Below are positions 18,954 to 29,639 of a stretch of DNA of 64,000 nt, piece after piece. The stretch's first letter is position 1. The number at the start of each line of letters is the position of its first letter. This DNA comes from Alphaproteobacteria bacterium. GTDB taxonomy: Bacteria > Pseudomonadota > Alphaproteobacteria > Rickettsiales > UBA1997. Where the stretch lies: assembly GCA_014190355.1 (NCBI GenBank), contig BJGH01000002.1:1992-65991 (forward strand). Reading direction: 5' to 3'. The translations under genes and the position numbers were made by a program. A model generated the notes under the pieces. That model did not search any database and was not told the DNA's origin. It was given only the letters and a program-made list of their open reading frames with translations.

Positions 18954-19312
18954 TTAGAAAATAAATTTTATAATTTTACTATATCTGACACCCCAATGTG
19001 ATCAAAGAAGTTAATTAATTCTTCCTTTTGGCTTACTTTTGGCTTCCTTATGGTAAAATTTTTTGCTAAGTTTATTTGGTAAATTGTAAATTATTTTAAT
19101 AAATTATTTGGATATATTGTTTAAATAAATTATTTTGGTAAATTAATTTTCTTTATAAATTTCATTAATTTTACTCTCCTTGTCCTTAGAAAGATTTGAT
19201 TGGAGGGTAGTCAGTTTTTTTTAATTTTGCACGGAAATTGGCAAAATCTAATTTTTAATTATCAAATTATTTTGAATTCAAAAATTGAAATCTAAAATCT
19301 AAATTTTTATTT

Positions 19313-21391
19313 ATGGCGCGACAAATTGAAATCGAAAAATATCGTAATATTGGAATCATGGCTCACATTGATGCTGGAAAAACAACCACAACCGAGCGAA
19401 TTCTCTATTACACTGGAAAATCTCATAAAATTGGTGAAGTTCATGACGGTGCTGCCACCATGGATTGGATGGAACAAGAGCAAGAGCGCGGAATTACCAT
19501 CACCTCTGCTGCGACTACCTGCTTTTGGAATAATAATCGTATCAATATTATTGATACTCCAGGTCACGTTGATTTTACAATAGAAGTTGAAAGATCGCTT
19601 CGCGTATTAGATGGAGCAGTTGCAGTATTTGACTCAGTTGCTGGGGTTGAACCACAATCAGAAACTGTCTGGCGTCAAGCTAATAAATACAAAGTTCCAA
19701 GAATTTGTTTTGTTAACAAAATGGATCGTATTGGTGCTAATTTCTATCGCTGTGTTGACATGATGAAAACCCGATTAGGTGCTCGAGCAGTTCCTGTTCA
19801 ATTGCCTATCTATGAAGCAGAAAATTATGGTGGTTTAATTGACCTTTTAAAAATGAAAGCAGTAGTTTGGAAGGACGAGTCACTCGGAGCAGATTATTCT
19901 TTCGAAGAAATTCCTGCTGATCTTTTAGAAAAGGCTAAGGAATATCGTGAACAACTTATTGAAGCAGCTGTTGAGCAAGATGATGCCTTGATGGAAAAAT
20001 ATCTTGGTGGCGAAACCATAAGCGAAGAAGATTTAAAAAAGTGCATACGCAAAGGAACTGTTACCGGAGCATTTGTTCCAGTTTTAAATGGCAGTGCTTT
20101 TAAGAACAAAGGAGTTCAAACTCTTCTTGACGCAGTTGTTGATTATCTTCCTAGTCCAAAAGATATCAAAGAAATTCCAGCTATTGATTTAAAAACTGAT
20201 CAAGCAATTACTATTAATTGCGATAATAAAAAATTCTCTGGTTTAGCTTTTAAAATCATGACCGATCCTTTTGTTGGATCACTTACCTTTGTAAGAATTT
20301 ATTCAGGTGTTTTAACTGGGGGAACAGGTGTTGTTAACACAACTAAAAATTCTAAAGAAAGAATTGGTCGTATTTTGTTAATGCATGCCAACAACCGCGA
20401 AGATATCAAGGAAGCCCATGCTGGTGATATTGTTGCCTTAGCAGGTTTAAAACAAACAACTACTGGTGATACGCTAGTTGAACCAGACAATGAAATTGTT
20501 TTGGAAAGAATGATATTTCCTGAGCCAGTTATCGAGGTTTCAGTTGAACCAAAATCCACTGCTGACCAAGAAAAAATGGGTATGGCGTTATCGCGTTTAG
20601 CTTCAGAAGATCCATCGCTTCGTATCGAATCTGATAAAGAATCTGGACAAACAATTCTGAAAGGAATGGGTGAATTGCATCTTGAAATTATCGTTGATAG
20701 AATGCGTCGAGAATTTAAAGTTGAAGCTAATATTGGTAAACCAAAAGTTGCTTATCGTGAGGCAATAACTAAATCCACAGAAATTGACTATACTCACAAA
20801 AAGCAATCAGGTGGTGCAGGTCAGTTTGCTAAAGTTAAGATTATCTTTGAACCATTACCAGCAGATCATAAAGAACCTTTCATTTTTGAAAGCGAGATAG
20901 TTGGCGGTAGAGTTCCAAAAGAATATATCCCAGGAGTTGAAAAAGGCCTTGAGCAAGCTAAGGAAACTGGAAATCTTGCTGGTTATCCAGTTGTTCGTCT
21001 AAAAGCTCGCTTAATTGATGGAGCGTATCATGATGTTGATTCAAGCGTTCTAGCTTTTGAAATTGCTGCTCGATCAGCTTTTCGGGAAGCCATGGACAAA
21101 GCAGGAGCAATTATTCTTGAACCAATCATGAAAGTTGAAGTTGTTACTCCTGAGGATTATATGGGTGATGTTATTGGCGATATCAATTCTCGTCGTGGAC
21201 AAATTCAAAATCTTGAAGGTCGTGATGTTGCCCAAGTTATAACTGCCAAAGTTCCCTTAGCTTCGATGTTTGGCTATGTAAACGACTTGCGTTCATTATC
21301 GCAAGGTCGAGCAAGTTACAGCATGGAATTTGATTGTTACGAAGCAGTTCCAGCCAATGTTGCTGAAGAGATTAAAGCTAAAAAGGCATAG
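19313..21391 (+). CDS. fusA: Translation elongation factor G
   Basis: [53 protein letters not shown]. 692 aa. Confidence 0.97.
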   Translation: MARQIEIEKYRNIGIMAHIDAGKTTTTERILYYTGKSHKIGEVHDGAATMDWMEQEQERGITITSAATTCFWNNNRINIIDTPGHVDFTIEVERSLRVLDGAVAVFDSVAGVEPQSETVWRQANKYKVPRICFVNKMDRIGANFYRCVDMMKTRLGARAVPVQLPIYEAENYGGLIDLLKMKAVVWKDESLGADYSFEEIPADLLEKAKEYREQLIEAAVEQDDALMEKYLGGETISEEDLKKCIRKGTVTGAFVPVLNGSAFKNKGVQTLLDAVVDYLPSPKDIKEIPAIDLKTDQAITINCDNKKFSGLAFKIMTDPFVGSLTFVRIYSGVLTGGTGVVNTTKNSKERIGRILLMHANNREDIKEAHAGDIVALAGLKQTTTGDTLVEPDNEIVLERMIFPEPVIEVSVEPKSTADQEKMGMALSRLASEDPSLRIESDKESGQTILKGMGELHLEIIVDRMRREFKVEANIGKPKVAYREAITKSTEIDYTHKKQSGGAGQFAKVKIIFEPLPADHKEPFIFESEIVGGRVPKEYIPGVEKGLEQAKETGNLAGYPVVRLKARLIDGAYHDVDSSVLAFEIAARSAFREAMDKAGAIILEPIMKVEVVTPEDYMGDVIGDINSRRGQIQNLEGRDVAQVITAKVPLASMFGYVNDLRSLSQGRASYSMEFDCYEAVPANVAEEIKAKKA

Positions 21392-21860
21392 TATAGTTAG
21401 GTTTTTTTAAATAAGAGATCACCACTCAAAAACTCGTCAGGTTTCTTTCACATATAATTTTAATCTACCCTTCATCTCAAATCTTACAGTTTTAGTTTTT
21501 ATTGTAGTAGTATTTTTGAATAATTAATCAACAACTTGTTATCCCATATTTAGCAATATCGATTTTTTGTCTACAAAAAATTGGTTTTCAACCCAAATAT
21601 ATAAATATTAAAACAAAACTGTTAGATTATTTTTCACGTGATCTTATTTTATGATTGCAAAGATTTTTTTACTTCACGAATAATTCTAAATCTACTAAAT
21701 GCTTCTAAATTTAGGGCTCATAATGCTTACCAAAATATTAAATAACATATATATTGAGGACTTCTTGAGATTTATAACAATATTTAGTAAGAAATTATCT
21801 ATACTTTTTCAAAATAAATTATTTGCCTAAATTAATAATCTAATTATTAATTTTTTTATT

Positions 21861-22730
21861 TTATTTATTGATTAACTTGTTGTTGAAAATACATAACAAA
21901 CCATCAGATAATCTAAGAGTGAATTGACGAGATGTCGTTGGAACAACAACATATCGATCTCTTACTACATAATTCAGCTGAATTTCTGCACCACTGCTAT
22001 CAACAATACTAATGGTCGGTATTACTAGATTGTCATTAGCGAATTGAAACTGGGTTTCCATGCCATCATCATAAACTTTTAAAGGCATTATATCGTCAGA
22101 TTTTCCAGCAACACGATAATCAAAATTAAGCTCTACACCTTCAGGATTTCTATCTATAACTGATGGTAATGGTTCATCAATCCTAGTAACTGGGGTTGGA
22201 GTTGCAACTATATCTTCAATTTTAGCAACCTTAGGAAGATTTGGTGAAGGAGCTATTCTTGTTGCAACATTTGGAACAGCAAGTTGCGGTGGAATTGGTA
22301 AAGGCTGACCAATTTGTGGATAAAAAAAGCGAATCGTATAAACTAAATCTTCATCAGCTTTTCCGGTATATTCATCTGAGCGAATATCAAAATGATAGGT
22401 TCTCTTGTTGGTGATAATTGTCATATTGGTATGAGCAGCAATTTCAAGAGGTCGAATGAAAAGTCTTTTTCCCGCGGGAGTTAAACGCCACGCAAATGCC
22501 TCTCCAATTGAAATCATTTCAATTTCCTCATCATTAGCAAACTCAATAAATGACTGATAATTATAAAAAAATTTTAATTCATAAACTTCGTTAGGATTAT
22601 AAACTAATGTTCGAATTCTTGAGTCAGTGGTAATTGGGGTTTGAGCATAAAGATGGGTTGTTGATAGCAAAAGTGATATGGTAAAAAGCTGTAAAAATTT
22701 TTTAATGTTAAGCATTTTTAATTTTTTCAT
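21861..22730 (-). CDS. virB9: T4SS outer-membrane core component VirB9
   Basis: Signal peptide followed by a CagX/VirB9 N-domain (IRTLVYNPNEVYELKFFYNYQSFIEF...WRLTPAGKRLFIRP...TNMTIITNKRTYHFDI). The start overlaps the virB8 stop (TAATG). Confidence 0.85.
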   Translation of the reverse strand: MKKLKMLNIKKFLQLFTISLLLSTTHLYAQTPITTDSRIRTLVYNPNEVYELKFFYNYQSFIEFANDEEIEMISIGEAFAWRLTPAGKRLFIRPLEIAAHTNMTIITNKRTYHFDIRSDEYTGKADEDLVYTIRFFYPQIGQPLPIPPQLAVPNVATRIAPSPNLPKVAKIEDIVATPTPVTRIDEPLPSVIDRNPEGVELNFDYRVAGKSDDIMPLKVYDDGMETQFQFANDNLVIPTISIVDSSGAEIQLNYVVRDRYVVVPTTSRQFTLRLSDGLLCIFNNKLINK

Positions 22731-23380
22731 TAATAACTAAATACCTCTTCGGCAATTGAATATTGGGAAACTTGAAATCCCAAAGGATTAATTAATCTTT
22801 CCTCAGTAGTTAATTGAATATTAGGAGCAAAATAAAAACCCAAAGTAATTACTTCGTCTACAGTTTTACTTGATAATTCTGGAATATCAGTTTGTCTAAC
22901 AATTCGCACCTGAGCTACTCCTTGAGCCTGAAAAAGAATTGATTTTATTCGTACCGAAACTTTAGAATTAGCCCCTAATTCCCGAGGGTTAACCCGAGAT
23001 CTATAATCGGCATAAATTGCTGGAACTGAAAATAATCTAACTTCCTCAGAATCTTGTATATAGGTTTTGGGATCATAACCACTTGCAAGATGAATATATT
23101 TATTGATAAAAAACCTTCTAATTGCCTGATCGCCAGTTAAATAACCTGCACTAACTTGATCAACTACTGTTGCAATACCTGTTTTTTCTTCAAGCTCTAT
23201 AACATATGGTTCAAGCGATTTGGAAGACATAACAGTTTTCACAAAAATAATTGAAATCGCTACTGAAAACATTGATACTAAAGTAAAAATTAGCAAAATG
23301 TTTCTTTGAACAACAACAATTTGGTAACGGTTAGAATACCAGCTTTTAATTTTTGAGTTGCTTTTTTTGTTATCACTCAT
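22730..23380 (-). CDS. virB8: T4SS inner-membrane component VirB8
   Basis: 216 aa with one N-terminal TM (ILLIFTLVSMFSVAISIIFV) and a periplasmic NTF2-like region (EPYVIELEEKTG...FINKYIHLASGYDP). Confidence 0.85.
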   Translation of the reverse strand: MSDNKKSNSKIKSWYSNRYQIVVVQRNILLIFTLVSMFSVAISIIFVKTVMSSKSLEPYVIELEEKTGIATVVDQVSAGYLTGDQAIRRFFINKYIHLASGYDPKTYIQDSEEVRLFSVPAIYADYRSRVNPRELGANSKVSVRIKSILFQAQGVAQVRIVRQTDIPELSSKTVDEVITLGFYFAPNIQLTTEERLINPLGFQVSQYSIAEEVFSY

Positions 23381-23624
23381 TGTATGTATAAGAGAAAAAA
23401 TTTCATGTTAAAATGTATTAAAAAATAATCTTATATAGATTTTTTTTTTCAAGTTTTAAAGCTAATTAGTTTATTTAATTTTTTCAAGTGTTGTTATGTT
23501 TTTTAATGCAATTTTTTTTTAAAGTATTTTTTTGTTATGAATTTTTGTATTCTATTGCATTTTAACTAAATATCATAGTTTTAATTATTATCTTAAAGTT
23601 TTTATTGTCTTTTATTATTTTTTA

Positions 23625-23777
23625 TTAATCGGTTTTTTCATTCCAGATTTTTTTTGCACTTTTGCCAATAGTTTTTACCTTTTGACTTTTTTCTTCAAAG
23701 TAATCAATTGCCTTGTTAATTAAGGGGACAATCGCTAAAAAAAGAGCAACTACTATTATTATCCTAATTAAAAACAT
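23625..23777 (-). CDS. Unannotated small ORF (50 aa), single N-terminal TM plus a charged tail; speculative
   Basis: Hand translation: MFLIRIIIVVALFLAIVPLINKAIDYFEEKSQKVKTIGKSAKKIWNEKTD*. Below the track length cut-off. Same strand as virB8 and about 245 nt upstream of it. No Cys, so not a VirB7-type lipoprotein. Confidence 0.3.
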   Translation of the reverse strand: MFLIRIIIVVALFLAIVPLINKAIDYFEEKSQKVKTIGKSAKKIWNEKTD

Positions 23778-23964
23778 AAAAAAACTAAATTGACAAATTT
23801 GCTAAAGTTTAATAATTTATTTGTTGATACAACTAAAAATCTATTTTTTATCACTAAAAATAAAATTCAAATTGTATTTTAATATTTATACCAAATAAAC
23901 CTTTAAATGCGAATTTTTGTTTTTAATTATAAATTTGGTATTTTAATCCGATTTAATTCATTCA

Positions 23965-25248
23965 ATGTCTAACAAAAAAATTAAAAATGTTTCAGCTCTT
24001 GAAATTATTGATTCAAGAGGATATCCCACGGTTGAAGCTAAAATTGTTCTAGATGATAATTCGTATGGAATTTGTGCGGTTCCATCTGGAGCATCAACTG
24101 GAAAATTTGAAGCTCATGAACTTCGTGATAATGATGAAAAAAGATTTCTTGGCAAAGGAGTTCTTAAGGCGGTGTCAAATGTTAACAATGTTATTGCCAA
24201 GGAAATAATTAACAAAACTTTTCAATCTTTTACTGAGTTAGACGAGTTTTTAATTAAACTCGATGCAACCCCAAACAAGTCAAAACTTGGTGCTAACGCT
24301 ATTCTAGCTGTTTCAATTGCTTATGCCAAGGCTTGTGCTTTATCAGCTCAACAAAATTTATTTTATTATCTTGGAGGTCAACAAGCCAATCTCTTACCAG
24401 TTCCAATGATGAACATAATCAATGGTGGAAAACATGCTGATAACCCAATTGATATTCAAGAATTTATGATTGCCCCAGTTGGAGCAAATTCAATCAAAGA
24501 TGCCATTAGAATTGGTGCAGAAATATTCCATCATTTACGATCACTTTTGAAGAAAAATTTTCATAATACCAATGTTGGTGATGAAGGAGGATTTGCCCCA
24601 AATCTCAAATCTACAACCCAAGCTCTTGATTTTATTTCGCAAGCTATCACTGCTGCAGGTTACAAAATTGGTGATGATGTGGTATTGGCATTAGATTGTG
24701 CTTCGTCTGAATTTTATGAAAATGGTTTTTATAATTTAAAAGGGGAAGACCTAAAGCTTGATAGTGAACAAATAGTTGATTACTATGAAAAACTTTGCAA
24801 AAATTATCCGATATATTCAATTGAAGATGGCTGTAGCGAAGATGACCATCTTGGTTGGAAAAAATTAACTGCCAAATTAGGAAATAAAATTCAACTAGTT
24901 GGCGATGACTTATTTGTGACTAATCCCAAAATTCTTGCTGAAGGAATCAAGGAAAATATGGCAAATGCAGTATTGGTAAAAGTTAATCAAATTGGAACTC
25001 TCAGCGAAACTATTCAAACAATAAATTTAGCTAATAAAGCTAATTATCTAAATGTGATTTCTCATCGCTCTGGTGAAACTGAGGACACAACAATTGCCCA
25101 CATTGCCGTGGCAACAAATGCTGGACAAATTAAAACAGGTTCTTTATGCAGAAGCGATCGTACTGCTAAATATAATGAATTAATCCGCATTGAAGATCAA
25201 TTAGGAAAACAAGCAAAATTTGCTGGTAAAACAATTTTAAAAAAATAA
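23965..25248 (+). CDS. eno: Enolase
   Basis: [13 protein letters not shown]...SGASTG...[18 protein letters not shown]. Confidence 0.97.
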   Translation: MSNKKIKNVSALEIIDSRGYPTVEAKIVLDDNSYGICAVPSGASTGKFEAHELRDNDEKRFLGKGVLKAVSNVNNVIAKEIINKTFQSFTELDEFLIKLDATPNKSKLGANAILAVSIAYAKACALSAQQNLFYYLGGQQANLLPVPMMNIINGGKHADNPIDIQEFMIAPVGANSIKDAIRIGAEIFHHLRSLLKKNFHNTNVGDEGGFAPNLKSTTQALDFISQAITAAGYKIGDDVVLALDCASSEFYENGFYNLKGEDLKLDSEQIVDYYEKLCKNYPIYSIEDGCSEDDHLGWKKLTAKLGNKIQLVGDDLFVTNPKILAEGIKENMANAVLVKVNQIGTLSETIQTINLANKANYLNVISHRSGETEDTTIAHIAVATNAGQIKTGSLCRSDRTAKYNELIRIEDQLGKQAKFAGKTILKK

Positions 25249-25270
25249 ATTTATTGTTAAAAGTTAGTCA

Positions 25271-26698
25271 ATGTTAAAATTTATCAATAGCTATTATCAA
25301 GATTTAACAACTGAATTTTATCAACAAATAAATCCTCAAAAATTTCCCGATGCTTACGCTATTTATCTCAATAGCAGTTTAGCAAAATCCTTAAAGATAT
25401 CTGCAAAAGAATTTGCTTCACCAGAAACACTAGCAATTTTATCGGGTAATAAAATTCACAAAACCTCTCAACCAATTGCTTTAGCTTATGCTGGTCATCA
25501 ATTTGGTAATTTTGTCAAACAATTAGGCGATGGAAGAGCAATTCTGCTTGGTGAAATTATGATAGATGACAATTATTTTGACCTACAACTTAAAGGTAGT
25601 GGTAAAACTAAATTCTCGCGACAGGGCGATGGCTTAGCTACTCTTGGATCGGCAATAAGAGAATTAATAATTGGTGAAGCTCTGCATCATCTTAACATTG
25701 ATAGCACAAGAATTTTAAGTGTAATTGCTACAAATTATCCGGTATTTCGTGAAGAAGTAAAACAAGGAGCAGTTATGGCAAGAATAGCCAAGAGTCATAT
25801 TCGTGTCGGAACTTTTGAATATTTTGCTTTTCAAAAAAATATTCCCGCTCTAAAAAAACTCTCTGATTATGCCATAAATCGTCATTTTCCAAAGGCAAAT
25901 AATCATCAAAATAAATATCTAGAATTTTTTAAAGAAATAGCTCGCTTGCAAGCTAAATTAATTGCCGAATTTCAGACAATTGGCTTTATTCATGGGGTAA
26001 TGAATACTGATAATATGGCAATTTCAGGACAAGCAATTGATTTTGGACCCTGTGCTTTTCTTGATGAGTTTAACGAAAACAAAGTTTTTAGTGCTATTGA
26101 TTCACATGGTAGATATGCATACAAAAATCAAGTTGCAATCGCTAAATGGAACCTTTTTTGTTTAGCAAATTGTTTAAATTTGCTTTGCAATCAAGGTCAA
26201 GAATTTATGAAAATAATTGATTATTTTGACCAAGAATTTTCTAATAATTACTACAACATCATGTCAAGCAAACTTGGCTTTAAAAAACTTGCTCCAATTA
26301 ATTTTATCGATGAATTATTTGCGATTCTTCAAAAAAACTCTTATGATTATAGTTTTTTTATGCGACAATTAAGTAGCAATAATTGCCAGCTTAATGAATT
26401 ATTCGGCAATAATAGCGAACTCAATTCATGGCATACTCGGTGGATAAAATTATTACAAGATGATAATCTTTCTTTAAAAAAAATTATCAATCAAATGAAT
26501 AGTTGTAATCCTTTTTTAATTGCGAGAAATCATATTGTTGAGGAAGTTATCAATTATTGTTATCAGGGTAATTTTAAACCTTTACAAGATTTTCTAAAAG
26601 CCTTAAGAAAGCCTTTTATTGCAAACGAACACAATCATTATTATAACCTAGCTCCAAAACAACACCAAAAGGTAAGATATACTTATTGCGGAACATGA
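25271..26698 (+). CDS. selO: Protein adenylyltransferase SelO (YdiU family pseudokinase-fold AMPylase)
   Basis: AYAGHQFGNF..LGDGRAILLGE...LKGSGKT.FSR.GDG...HGVMNTDNMAISGQAIDFGP. Confidence 0.9.
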   Translation: MLKFINSYYQDLTTEFYQQINPQKFPDAYAIYLNSSLAKSLKISAKEFASPETLAILSGNKIHKTSQPIALAYAGHQFGNFVKQLGDGRAILLGEIMIDDNYFDLQLKGSGKTKFSRQGDGLATLGSAIRELIIGEALHHLNIDSTRILSVIATNYPVFREEVKQGAVMARIAKSHIRVGTFEYFAFQKNIPALKKLSDYAINRHFPKANNHQNKYLEFFKEIARLQAKLIAEFQTIGFIHGVMNTDNMAISGQAIDFGPCAFLDEFNENKVFSAIDSHGRYAYKNQVAIAKWNLFCLANCLNLLCNQGQEFMKIIDYFDQEFSNNYYNIMSSKLGFKKLAPINFIDELFAILQKNSYDYSFFMRQLSSNNCQLNELFGNNSELNSWHTRWIKLLQDDNLSLKKIINQMNSCNPFLIARNHIVEEVINYCYQGNFKPLQDFLKALRKPFIANEHNHYYNLAPKQHQKVRYTYCGT

Positions 26699-26845
26699 TC
26701 TTCATTTAAAAATCAAATCTAAACCATTCTCGATCTTTTAATTTCTTTTTAATATTTATAATCTTTATTTTATGTTGAATTGTTAGAGTTATTATTTATA
26801 AATAAATTTTACAATATGATTTTTAAATTTATAAATAAACTTTAA

Positions 26846-28150
26846 ATGACTCAAAACTTACTTCAAAATATTCCCCATAATTCCCATAACTTTCTTAAAT
26901 TCTTAGGAAATCCCAACGAGGATAGTCTTCGAATTACCCTTGATAAAGCTTTCGAAGGCGATAGTTATGAACAAAATAATCGCCATACTTTCGATAATTT
27001 TTTTAACGAAGTCAATGAAGGATCCTTTAGATTAAGATCATTATATCAATCAGACCCTAACCCTTCAGATATAGATAACAATATTTTGATGTGTTTTGCT
27101 AATTGGGGACAAGAAAAACTTGATAATGCATTTAGTTCGCGCTTTAAAATTGCCGTTGTTAGTTCAATTTTTTTAGCTATTTCCTTGGCAATAACAATGA
27201 AATTAAATTTCTTTGCAGGGGTTGCCTTAGCTAGTATAACAACCGTCACTTCCGCTATTGCCGAAGGAGTTGCCAAAAGAAATATCGCAACTTATGGTCA
27301 TCTTTCACAACATCTTACTAAAAAAATTTCAGCAGTAAATAAAAAAATTATCAATGATTACATTTATGATCCAGATTTAGATGAGGGCTCTAAAAAAAAA
27401 TTACTAAAGTTAAAATCTCAAAGCTATACTAAAACAAGTGCGATGTTTCGAGGGTTATCTTATTTTTCGGGTTTTAGTGTTAATGCTTTTAAAAATATTA
27501 CTGAACGCTTAGTACCTTCTCTTAGTCTTGCAACTCTAATAATTGGCTTTATAATCCCGATTCTTCCAATTTTGACAACCTTATTTTCTAGAGTAAATAG
27601 TTTTTATCGCCAAAAAACTATTAGAAATGAAGCCAACAATCTTAATGAATTACACCAAATTATTAACAATCAAAACTCATGGAAAAGAAATGTGGTTTTA
27701 AGTTCTAAACTTGAAGAGTTCAATGGAAAATTTAAAGACTATTTAGAAAAAACTGATAACCACGGCAAGTTACCAAACGAAAAAGGATATCACAAGCTTC
27801 CTGCTAATAAAAAGGATCATTCTTTTAATCCCAGCAAAGCGGTTATTGTTCCTGCGTGGATTAGTGCCAAAATTCACCGAAAAATTGCCAAATTTTTTAA
27901 AACCCCTAGCCAAGATATTGCTAAAATCAACCCCAGCATTAGAAGCGTTTCAGATATTAAAAATTCAAATCCTAGAATAACTTCTTGTATTACTTTTCTT
28001 AATTCAAATTTTTCTGATTCGAATTTAAATCAAGTTAATAATCAACAAAAATCCATAGAGATCTCTTCTAAGCCAGGTTTAGTATTGTTTAAAAATAATT
28101 GTTCTTACTTAAAGGGAAGCGTTAAAAAACCCCGCGAAATAACCAAATAA
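26846..28150 (+). CDS. Hypothetical membrane protein (434 aa) with a bilobed hydrophobic hairpin, one further TM and a basic C-terminal tail
   Basis: FKIAVVSSIFLAISLAITMKLNFFAGVALASITTVTSAIA (two lobes split by MKLN), a later TM LATLIIGFIIPILPILTTLF, and a Lys-rich end ...LKGSVKKPREITK. No family recognised. Confidence 0.55.
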   Translation: MTQNLLQNIPHNSHNFLKFLGNPNEDSLRITLDKAFEGDSYEQNNRHTFDNFFNEVNEGSFRLRSLYQSDPNPSDIDNNILMCFANWGQEKLDNAFSSRFKIAVVSSIFLAISLAITMKLNFFAGVALASITTVTSAIAEGVAKRNIATYGHLSQHLTKKISAVNKKIINDYIYDPDLDEGSKKKLLKLKSQSYTKTSAMFRGLSYFSGFSVNAFKNITERLVPSLSLATLIIGFIIPILPILTTLFSRVNSFYRQKTIRNEANNLNELHQIINNQNSWKRNVVLSSKLEEFNGKFKDYLEKTDNHGKLPNEKGYHKLPANKKDHSFNPSKAVIVPAWISAKIHRKIAKFFKTPSQDIAKINPSIRSVSDIKNSNPRITSCITFLNSNFSDSNLNQVNNQQKSIEISSKPGLVLFKNNCSYLKGSVKKPREITK

Positions 28151-28199
28151 ATTTAAATTTATTTTTTGAATAAAAAATAAATAGATTATCTAATATATT

Positions 28200-29639
28200 C
28201 TAATTATTATAATACATTTCGAACTCAACAGGGTGAGGCATTTGCTCATATCTTTCAACTTCCTTAAGTTTTAAATCAATATAAGCATCAATTTGCTCAT
28301 CAGTGAAAACATTGCCTTGCAATAAAAATTCACGATCCTTATCAAGAGCGCTTAAAGCTTCACGCAGTGATCTAGCAACCGTTGGGATTTTCTTTAATTC
28401 TTTTTCGCTTGAATGGTAAAGATCCTGATTTTTTGGCTCCCCTGGATGAATCTTATTTTTAATACCATCAATTCCAGCCATTATTAATGCTGCACAGCAC
28501 AAATAAGGATTAGACGCAGGATCAGGAAAACGGGTTTCGATTCTTCGGGCTTTTTCATTGACAACATGGGGAATACGAATTGACGCTGAACGATTTTTCG
28601 CTGAATAAGCCAATAAAACTGGAGCTTCAAAACCTGGGACCAATCTTTTATAGCTATTTGTTGTAGGATTGGCAAAAGCATTAATTGCTCTAGCATGCTT
28701 GATAATTCCACCAATATAAAATAACGCTAATTCTGATAAGCCAGCATGATCATTTCCAACAAAAAGATTTTGACCATCTTTCCAGATTGATTGATGGACA
28801 TGCATACCTGAACCGTTATCTGCATAAATTGGCTTAGGCATAAAAGTTGCAGTTTTGCCATAGGCATGACAAACATTATGAACAACATATTTAAATTTTT
28901 GGATATTATCAGCGGTTCCAACTAAAGTGCTATATTTAAAACCAATTTCAAATTGTGAAGTTGCAACTTCATGATGGTGCAAAATTGGCGTCAGTCCAAC
29001 TTGACGCATAGTTTCAATAATTTCAGAGCGCAAATCTTGACCAGTATCAATTGGCATTGGAGCAAAATATGCTCCTTTTTTCTGAACTCTTCTTGCTAAA
29101 TTTCCGCCATCAACAATTTTAGATGAGTTATGAGGAGCTTCTTCAGAGTCAATACTATAAAAATTACCATATTCATTAGCTTCAAAGCGAACATCATTAA
29201 AAACAAAAAATTCTGGCTCTGGTCCAAAATAGGCAACCTCACCTATGCCACTTTTTTGTAAATATTCTTCAGCTTTTTTTGCAGTATAGCGAGGATCTCG
29301 ATCATAACCTTTGTTGTTAGCAGGTTCGATAACATCACAAAATAAAACTAATGTTGGAACATTAGCAAAAGGATCGGTAAATGCGGTGTCTAATTGAGGC
29401 ATTAAAATCATATCCGACTCATTAATTGCTTTCCAAGCGCAAATTGAAGATCCATCAAAAGCAACACCTTTTGTTAACTCTTCTTCGCCAATCATATCAG
29501 AACAATGAGTTATATGAAGCCATTGTCCTGCATAATCTGAAAAACGAAAATCAACAAATTTGATTTCGTTATTTTTTATCATTTCTAAAATTGCAGTAAC
29601 ACCAATGCCATTAGCATTTAAAGGACTTGAACTCGACAT
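28200..29639 (-). CDS. glnA: Glutamine synthetase type I
   Basis: 479 aa with DGSS..., PKPIYADNGSGMHVHQS, NSYKRLVPGFEAP, and an adenylylation-region Tyr (NQDLYHS). Confidence 0.95.
   Translation of the reverse strand: MSSSSPLNANGIGVTAILEMIKNNEIKFVDFRFSDYAGQWLHITHCSDMIGEEELTKGVAFDGSSICAWKAINESDMILMPQLDTAFTDPFANVPTLVLFCDVIEPANNKGYDRDPRYTAKKAEEYLQKSGIGEVAYFGPEPEFFVFNDVRFEANEYGNFYSIDSEEAPHNSSKIVDGGNLARRVQKKGAYFAPMPIDTGQDLRSEIIETMRQVGLTPILHHHEVATSQFEIGFKYSTLVGTADNIQKFKYVVHNVCHAYGKTATFMPKPIYADNGSGMHVHQSIWKDGQNLFVGNDHAGLSELALFYIGGIIKHARAINAFANPTTNSYKRLVPGFEAPVLLAYSAKNRSASIRIPHVVNEKARRIETRFPDPASNPYLCCAALIMAGIDGIKNKIHPGEPKNQDLYHSSEKELKKIPTVARSLREALSALDKDREFLLQGNVFTDEQIDAYIDLKLKEVERYEQMPHPVEFEMYYNN

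Noticed and set aside
19051-19144. TGGTAAA(A)TT repeated three times (19051, 19077, 19136) and CTTTTGGCTT repeated twice upstream of fusA
   Set aside because: These could be extended -10 promoter elements (TGnTAAAAT) for the displaced fusA. However, they are short AT-rich words with irregular spacing (26 and 59 nt) and are easily produced by chance, so the support is insufficient for a feature call.
19307-20806. Several 67-86-aa ORFs on both strands inside fusA (19307..19567, 19326..19583, 19894..20109, 20299..20559, 20603..20806)
   Set aside because: All overlap the EF-G frame, which is unambiguous. They are shadow ORFs.
21561-21580. ATTTTTTGT-ct-ACAAAAAAT palindrome in the fusA/virB9 convergent spacer as a terminator
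   Set aside because: The stem is almost pure A:T with a 2-nt loop. It is about 170 nt from the fusA stop and about 280 nt from the virB9 stop, so it is not convincing.
28145-28164. Perfect 20-bp AT-only palindrome AAATAAATTTAAATTTATTT between the convergent 434-aa ORF and glnA (possible bidirectional terminator)
   Set aside because: The stem has no G:C pairs and no loop, so predicted stability is very low. Such palindromes are common in AT-rich DNA.
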